Source: Proteromonas lacertae (Eukaryota). Taken from it: 29,396 nucleotides of DNA. A program made the translations under genes and the position numbers. Below the pieces are notes generated by a model that was not told the origin of the DNA, searched no databases, and saw only the letters and a program-made list of their open reading frames with translations. The stretch spans positions 186,001 to 215,396 of the forward strand of contig NGBS01000879.1 in NCBI GenBank assembly GCA_002245135.1, read 5' to 3'. Positions within the stretch are counted from its first letter, which is position 1. Each line of letters begins with the position of its first letter. Below are positions 21,390-29,396 of the stretch, one piece after another.

Positions 21390-23339
21390 GATTTATTAGT
21401 AATTTCTCAATGTCTTTATTATCAAATCATCGAATAATAGAGAATATAAAACTTGCTTATATAGATGGAAGTAGTGAGATGGTAGTAAAAGAAATAATTG
21501 AAGTTTCATTTCTTCATTTGGGAAGTGTAAATGGTGATAATTGTAATGGTAATATATTATACAGTAATGCGATGACATACAGTTTACTTAGTCGAAGTTA
21601 TCAAACTTAATGAAAAGTTATGAGATAATCACTTCCTTTATAACAAATGAAAGAAATTTAGTATATAAAGGAAGTTATGAAATGAAAGATATAAGCTGCA
21701 CAGCTGCTTACGATGTAGTATCTCAAATCAATACAAATTGTCAAGGAAGTTGTTTAATAATTAGTGTAATAACAATGAATAGTGTGGATTATCCAGTATT
21801 GAGTTTCAGTTTAGATGAGATAATAATCAATAGTTATTTGAACAGTTATGAAAGTGAAAGTAGTAAATCGTTAAAAGAATCGTTGAAGTTATATATTGAT
21901 TAACTAATTTTAACATCTACAATGTCAATTGGTTATTCAATAATCAAAATATATGTCGATTCAATCAATCCGATAGGTAAAGATGAAACTGAATATAAAA
22001 ACGATTATACAATAAGTGATGAGTTAATAAAAAGTTCAAACAAACGAATAGGTATTTGGCTAAATGAAGAAGATAATGATGTTCGAATTTATTATATTAT
22101 GAAGCAATATGAGATTTATATAAATTCAAATGATGGCTTTAGAGGTAATTCAATTCAATTATCAATTCTTTATTGTATGAATAATGATGAAGAATTAAGT
22201 GAGATGGTGAATAACACAGAATATGAGATAATAATCAGTAATTGTAATAGAAATATAATTGAAAATCATAAGAATGAGATAGAAGAGAATAATGTGACCA
22301 TATTTTCAATAAGAAAAGAAGATTCAAATACATGTGATGATAAAATGTATAAATATATTATTATTGTTATTATTATTATTCTATATTGAATAGAATTCAT
22401 TCTTCTACTTCTCCATCTCGAAGAGTCTTGCCAATAGTAGAATATTTGCTATCTAAATCAATATCCAAAATAATCTTAATCTATCCAAAAGGTTTTGAAT
22501 ATGCTTCAGATTATGATTTATTAACTAGTTCAATTAATGCATTAGGAGCAACAATATCTAAAGAATATAAAGTGAATGAAACAGATATTAATGACATTAT
22601 ATCAGCAGTTCAAGCAGCAATGGCTTCAGTTAGAAAATATATAAATGATGGTGGTTTAATCTTTAATTTATTAGAAACTGAAGCAAGTAATATAATGTAT
22701 GAGAAACTGTTTAGCATATGAGAATAGCTAAGAAATCTCTTCAAAATATCGAATAATCTCCAGAAAGATAGAGAATTTTAAGAAAGTAGATAAGAAATAT
22801 CGAAAAAGATATGACATCATTGTGAAAGTATGTGTTATACATATGATGATAGTTTAATTAGTAAAATAAGAATGTTAATATTTGGAAATGAAAGTATATT
22901 ATCAGAAAGTGAATCTGTTGGAATAGCAACAATCGAATATATAAAATCTGATATAAATTCAATCAACTTATTAGAATTTCTTCAATCAAGTTCAATATTT
23001 ACATCTTTTGGAGATATTTCAATTGGTTTTGATAATTGCATAAACTTCCCAATGTTTTTATTAACAAGTGTAGATGGTAAAATCGAAGAGAAAGTGATAT
23101 TATATAAAAAATGGAATAGTGATACTTATCAAAGCAATTTCAATGAGATTCATTTAAATCGAATAATAATATCTTTAATATTACTATTTCCAAGTACTGG
23201 ATTATTTGCTTATCGTGGAGTAGATTTAGTATCAAGTTATTTATCAACAATCGAATATTTAAATGAAGTAGAAAGTGAAAGTGGTTTATTCTATCTACTG
23301 AAGATGTTAGAAGTAAAAGATCAGTTATTAAGTTATTAA
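21390..23339 (+). pseudogene. Captured fragment of a multi-domain protein with type-1 periplasmic-binding (Venus flytrap; AmiC/UrtA/LIV-like) domains
   Basis: SPSRRVLPIVEYLLSK...IILIYP...ALGATISKEY...DINDII...LIFNLL, FTSFGDISI, and a new domain start ISLILLFPSTGLFAYRG...IEYLN. A 47-nt GT..AG intron at 22347-22393 joins two ORFs. Several stops and frameshifts. Confidence 0.55.
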
Positions 23340-23745
23340 GAATATATTTCATACAGGAATTTCTTTTCCAACAAAATATCCAATAATCTCTTGGATTGGT
23401 TCTAATTTAGGTATAAAAGAACGGCTGACCAAGTTCCAATGATAAACTATAAAATGGAAGATATAGTATCAACATCAAATAGTGAATTAAGTTTGGTTTG
23501 GTATAATAATTCTAATCAAATGAATTATTCTAATCAATTATTATCATGGTTAAATTTGTTACCATTTGTTTTTTGTATTGGTGTTTGGTTTTTTACAGAA
23601 ACAATCAAAAACAAGAATCAAAAACACAAATTAAAAACACCATATATATATGACTGTTTTATTATCTATATATAATATAATATATACTATCTATTTATAT
23701 AATCTATTTTATACATAATATATAGCTAATTTATCTTTCATATAG

Positions 23746-24948
23746 GTTATCTGATAAGCACGATATTAGAGATACTCTTGAATATAATCATAAAGCAATC
23801 TTTTTTGAGAGTATTGAAGAATTAGTGAAAATAAGAAACGTTCTTCTATTTTTACACAAAAGAAATTTGACGAATACATAAAATGTATTAGAGACTACAA
23901 GCATAAAGGTTTTGAATTCAATGAAACTGATGGTAAACTTACATACAAAGGAAAAGAGATCATAACAATTGATAAAGCTTTTACACTTATTGAGAAATTA
24001 CATTTGGAGTTTGCTCATCTTAAATCTGATCCTCTCTTTGATAAGATTCAAGAAATGAATTTATATGGAATAACAAGAGAAGTTGTAGAAATATATGTTA
24101 AATTATGCAATGGATGCAAAGAAACAAAGAAAATAACATTACAGAAACCAGTAAAGCCGATTATATCTCATTATCCTAAAGATCGTGTGGTAATTGATTT
24201 AATTGAAATGACAGCATTTAATCCACATAAAAAAAGAGGTAAATACAATTATATATTGACAATGATAGATCATTATTCAAATTTTACAATGCTTTACCCA
24301 CAAAAGACGAAAACAGATAGAGAAACAGTGAAGAATGTCCAGTCCTATATTAGAATCTTCGGTCCTCCAAGAATAATTCAATCTGATAATGGTGCAGAGT
24401 TTAAGAACAAAATGATGAAGGATTTATTAGAAAAGTACAATATTAAAGAAGTCACAGCTCTCCCAAGACATCCGCAATGCAATGGTAAAGTTGAAAGAAT
24501 GAATAGATTAGTCAAAGAAACAATTACAAGTTATCACAATATTGAACCAAAAGTTTATTGGATAAATTTTATAGAAAGAACAATTGAAAGAATAAACTCA
24601 TCAAAATGTAGAAGAACAAGATGTAAAGCTAGATCATTATTTTTTATGAGTGTTAATGAGATAATGAAACAGAATCCAAAGTTTAAACTTGAAGGAATAG
24701 TAGAAGAAGATTATGATGATGATAATAATGATGATGATGTTTGTGATTATATTGATGATACTGATAATGAACTTGATGAATTATACTTCGATTATGAAGA
24801 TAAAGATGATATAGATAACAATGAAATGAAGAAAAAGAAAAGAGAAGATGATAATTACAAAAGAACGAGAAAAAGTTTAAAAAAGAAAAATAGCAGGAAG
24901 AAAGATAAAGATGATAATTTAGATGATAATTTAGATAATAATAGTTAG
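23746..24948 (+). CDS. Retroviral-type integrase/transposase (HHCC zinc domain + rve DD35E core) followed by an acidic/basic low-complexity linker
   Basis: HLEFAH...CNGC, VVIDLI, QSDNGAEF, PQCNGKVER, with exactly 35 residues between the second D and E. The frame is open from 23818, and one frameshift is needed to reach the exon start at 23746. Confidence 0.92.
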
Positions 24949-27033
24949 AAGAAGACATAGTTGAGAATATAAATGATGATAAAAGTATAGATGAAACACT
25001 TTTAGATATTGAGAAGAATGAGAAAGAGACAATAGCGAAGAATGAAAAGATAAATAACCATGAAATTAAAGAGTTGAAATCAGTAAAAGATAAGAAGTTT
25101 ACAAAAAATAAAAAGGTCTATGAAGATGAAATAGTAGATATTATTAATGAAACTAATGAAGATAATGATGAAGAAGAATCGACAGAAGAGGAAACTGAAG
25201 TAATGAGTTTATTGCTAATGTAACAAAGCACTTCAAAGCAGCAAATCAAATATATGATGAAATGAAAACTAGACAATATAAATATAATAATAATATGGTA
25301 AATGTTTCCAAAAAGAAATTAAAAGGAAAAGAAATAGCTCTTAAAAGGGAGATGTTGTTGTATATTCTGAAAAGAAAGAATTATCAAGATAGAAACAAGT
25401 TTGCAATAGTTAAACAGGATAAGAAGGCGAAGAAAGAAAAGTTATATATAATGTATATTATTATTATATATATATATGTATATATAGAACTGATGATTAT
25501 AAAACTATTAGAATAAGACCATCAACGCCTGTACATAAAATACAACTCACAGAGGAAGTAAATGCTGTTACTAAAAGAAAAGCCAGTAAAATATATGTAC
25601 ATATAAATATATATACAATATAATATAGATCGATAATACTCCACAAAAGAAGAATAAATATTGTTCAGAATCTGATATTGAAAGAATACACGACATTGTA
25701 AGAAATCCTAAGCTTAATGCTGTTTATGAAACAATAGCTATTCCTTGCAATGATAATATTGAACAAAATCAAGTTGATGAAAGAAAATTAAAATATGTAA
25801 TAGAATTGATGAATAGAATAGGTAAAGAACAATTGGATCTTGAAGATTTACAATATTTATTAAAATTATATTATTATAATAATATTTATAAAGATTATGA
25901 TAATAATTATTTACATGATGGAAAGTTTGAAAAGTTTTTAATCAAATCCAATGGCATTTATTACACTATGGTTGTTAACAATAAAAAACAAACAGTTAAT
26001 ATCATAGATCCATCAGGCGAAGGTAACTATGATGAAGATTTAAAGAAATTATCTACTCATGTTACAAGTACAGATGGAAATGATTATAAAGTAATGTATG
26101 ATGTCATCGAAGTAACCCATCCACAAGCAACAGAAATAATAGCATTAATTACTTTCATGGCAAGTATTAAAAAACTCAATTTGGATTTATAGACAACGCA
26201 TTAATGGAAATACTTTTCAAAGATTATTTAAAAACCTTGGTTAACAATCATTCCAGAATTATAGAGTTAGCATATATAGAAGTTATGCCGATTAAAGAAG
26301 ATAATGCCAATGATCAAAACATCTTGTACGATGAAGTTCAATACAATTCATTAAATTTTTTGGATAAAGTTAGACTCAACTATCAATATAACGATGAAGG
26401 AGTAAGATATTATGGAACAGAAAAGGATTATTTTATTAGAAAAGTAAATGATATAAAGGATGTTTTAGACAAAGATACAATGTTGGATGATGACCAATTC
26501 AAGATTCTCCTACATTTTTATGAATAGTAATAATGATCATGTTGTAGATCCATTACTATTTTATTATCAAGACAAAGCCAAAATCAAAATCAACATAAAT
26601 GAATATATTTTTTTCCAGTTGTTAAAGATTTACATTGGACGTTGTTTGAAGCAGATTATATAATAAACAGATACATCAAAATTACAGTTATGATTCAATG
26701 GGTTATTTTAGAAATAATAATAAAGAAAGAAGTGAAATAGTTAATACAATCTCATCAATATTTGTAATGAACAGTGAAGATTATGAACTTAAAGTGAAGT
26801 ATCATGAATCCAAGTTGATGCAAGGTAAGGACAACAGTTGTGGTTATTATGTGTTATTTTTCTTAGCTGCGAGAATCAACTTCTTGGATATTGAAAAGAT
26901 CCCAAACATTGAATCATTTAATATTGACTATTTTATCAAAGATATTAAGAAAGGATTACAGAATTTAGATGATAATGAAAAGGCAAAGATGTATTTCTAT
27001 GCAAGTAAAAGACCAACTTATTACAAGAATTAA
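24949..27033 (+). pseudogene. C-terminal part of the transposase gene: low-complexity linker, short introns, Ulp1/peptidase C48-like domain(s)
   Basis: Across frameshifts: MLDDDQF...YIFFPVVKDLHWTLFEAD...SYDSMG...MQGKDNSCGYYVLFFL (His, Asp, Gln, Cys motifs). AT-rich GT..AG intron-like segments near 25453-25487 and 25597-25628. Confidence 0.72.
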
Positions 27034-28913
27034 TGCACTCATTATTACTTCTATTACTATTATAAACACTATATTTCTTATATTCTATTAATAATTTTTA
27101 ATTTTTGAGTATAAAATAAAAAGCAACTGCATAATTTAAAACTATGTATAATTTGAATTACAATATTGTTCAGCTTTATAAATATATTATAAAATTATAT
27201 TAAAGTCAAAATTATAGAAATTCGATATTTAATGTATCTCATTTTTATAAAATCTTAAAGTATCAGTCTATAATATTGCAGAATATATTATTAAATAATT
27301 TTATGACTACTTTAGCATAAAAGAATTAGTAAATGTTTTAAAAATAGAAAAATTGCACAATTAAGGGGTGAAAAAATTAAGGAATTTCATTATATTTTTT
27401 CGATTATCATAATAACCAGATGGAATTTTTTTATAATATTTTATAATATTCTTAGTTAGAATATGTACTAATAGAATATTAAATAATATTAAATATATTG
27501 GTGAATTGAGTGATATCGTCTCATGTCTTACATATGATAAAGTTTATTATATATTTGTTAATAACTAACTCCGATCATCATGAATATCATATTAGTTTTG
27601 ATTGAATCACTCTGCAATATAGATTTCTGCCATACGGGGATTTCCGCCATACGGGGAACAACAATTACTACAACTTAAACAAACATTAATCTACAACTGA
27701 GATAAATTACTATTAAATCTTTCGCCTTATATATATACAAAAATACATCAGCTGAGATTAAAAAATCGATGTAAAGGTAATCAAAAATGGAAAAATAAAA
27801 ATTGATTTCAAGCCTCTTTCAAGCCTGCATTTTCAATTTCAATATTAAGTATTAAGAAATTTAAGTTATTATATTCTATTTATTTAAAAACCATAATCTC
27901 GTTTTCTTCTATTGCTATTGACGTATAATATGAAGTATAAACAAACAGTGTTATATATATTAATGATTAACCAGAACAATACGATATATAGCCAACGTAA
28001 CTTTTTTGAGAAACTAAGTGTATATTTGTAACTAAGAGTCATTACGGAAATGTCAAACTTGATGGCTCATACAAGTATTATGAAATTCAGTAACTTTTAA
28101 TTAGAACAATCTGTAAAGCTGTAACTTGTGTTAAATATACCTATATCGATAAATCATTCTCATACTTTCTTTTATTTTCAAGAGTTTGGCAGTTAGTTTC
28201 AGGATGAATACTCAAACTATATGAAAGTAAAATTAATTATTTAAGGCTATGGAATGTATGGTTAATAATATTGATAATTTTATCGAATATCTATAATAAG
28301 TATATTACTTATCTAGAATTATATTCTATATTGCCTATTTTATTTACACTTCTATATTAAAAGAGAATAATAAAAGTAATAGGATATTGGAATTAATTAT
28401 AGTTATAAAAAGTTTAGTAATATTTATATTATCTCTTTTAGTGTATAGATTAAATGAAAAATCATTTCGCTGCATTATAGGATTATATAAATTTTATAGC
28501 AACTAAAAGCTATTAATCAAAGATATGATGATTAATAAACAATATAATTCTTAAGATGTGTTGATTAGATTTTATATTTTAATATCTCAATATGCCAAAA
28601 TATATGGATGGAAAATATTACAGAGATGGATGAACAAACAGAAACGTAAGAAGTTTATTTACCAAAAATTTCATCAATAATATACAATAATTTCTCGTAA
28701 CCCACAAGAAATAATATTTCATAAATAACATACTTTCGAGAAAGTTGCATAATTACACCTCCCTTTAGATTAAGTGAATTGAAAGGGAAAATAATGATTA
28801 AACAAATTGACTTTTCAGAAATCTACATTGTATGTATTGGATTCCACAAAAAGATCCTCACTATCAACATTGCAAAAAATGTTAACTAGAATAATATACA
28901 ATGAAATAGTATT

Positions 28914-29342
28914 ATGTTTAGAAATACTTACTCATTAATTCAATTGTTTATTATTTTATTTTTACTATATTATTATTCTTATAAATATGATATAATTAAT
29001 ATTTATATTGGAAATTCATTTAAAAATTACTATCATTTACCTAACAAAACAATACAATGTAAATATAAAAGAAGAATATATAAATGTACATTTATGAAAA
29101 AATATAAAAAATATTATCATGCTTCAATTTATAATGGAAATAGAAAATTTCCTTTAAAACCAAATAATTCATATAACATAATAATAACCACAGAAAAATT
29201 AAGTCAAGTAAAATTTATGAAAAAAATAGGAGAAGGTAAGAGTGAACACTATCATTTAGCTGTAGATTATAGGCTATTTAATAGTAAACATCACATATCT
29301 AGAAATATATATTCATACTATAATATATCAAGATTTATATAG
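28914..29342 (+). CDS. 5' part of a type II membrane protein, possibly another glycosyltransferase (GT10-like)
   Basis: ATG plus a hydrophobic anchor like the cluster genes. IITTE...AVDYRL weakly recalls the GT10 N-terminal domain. Probably continues past an intron or the window end. Confidence 0.4.
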   Translation: MFRNTYSLIQLFIILFLLYYYSYKYDIINIYIGNSFKNYYHLPNKTIQCKYKRRIYKCTFMKKYKKYYHASIYNGNRKFPLKPNNSYNIIITTEKLSQVKFMKKIGEGKSEHYHLAVDYRLFNSKHHISRNIYSYYNISRFI

Positions 29343-29396
29343 AAACTGCAAATTTGAATTATAAAAATATTTCATCATTTATGAAAAGAAAAGATT

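Larger units (their letters stand above)
20024..27663 (+). mobile_element. Ginger-like (Gypsy-integrase-related) DNA transposon, 7640 bp, with cargo (family B)
   Basis: 104-bp TIRs 20024-20127 / 27560-27663 (98/104 identical), TGT...ACA termini, flanks ATGA / ATTA (possible degenerate 4-bp TSD). Encodes an HHCC-DD35E integrase, introns and a Ulp1-like domain. No RT, gag, LTR or polB seen. Confidence 0.88.

Noticed and set aside
24683..24958. His/Tyr-rich antisense ORF and other short shadow ORFs (543, 4323, 4630, 9387, 13701, 13908, 16633, 18827, 21396, 23140)
   Set aside because: They are antisense shadows of better-supported coding regions.
20024..27663. Polinton/Maverick or LTR retrotransposon
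   Set aside because: No polB, ATPase, capsid, RT, gag or direct LTRs. The TGT..ACA inverted termini fit Ginger better, although a heavily deleted derivative cannot be fully excluded.
27900..28900. Possible multi-exon gene or gene remnants (also 760-1150 and 5170-5570)
   Set aside because: Some coding-like texture, but I could not build a consistent frame or recognise a motif.

Overview
Very AT-rich eukaryotic DNA read with the standard genetic code. HYDIN fragments point to a flagellated or ciliated lineage, and GT-AG introns of 23-31 nt point to a protist. An opalinate stramenopile or a litostome ciliate would fit, but the sequence alone cannot identify the host. The window has three zones. 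(1) 1-8.0 kb is decayed transposon DNA: out-of-order HYDIN pseudogene pieces, a truncated Tc1/IS630-like transposase, several TGTTG...CAACA terminal inverted repeats (TIR family A, including a 636-bp MITE with 251-bp TIRs) and a GC-richer inverted-repeat-bounded unit with an unknown ORF. (2) 8.3-19.1 kb is a very compact cluster of eight glycosyltransferase-type membrane-protein genes (GT2-like x2, GT15, GT31, GT77-like, a fucosyltransferase-like gene, two further GT-A-like genes) plus a SAM methyltransferase, interrupted by one family-A element. (3) 20.0-27.7 kb is a 7.64-kb Ginger-like DNA transposon (104-bp TGTTG TIRs, HHCC + DD35E integrase, introns, C-terminal Ulp1/C48-type protease). It carries about 2.5 kb of captured Venus-flytrap (periplasmic-binding-protein-like) gene sequence, apparently inside an intron that splits the transposase start codon. 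All family assignments come from motif recognition, not database searches.
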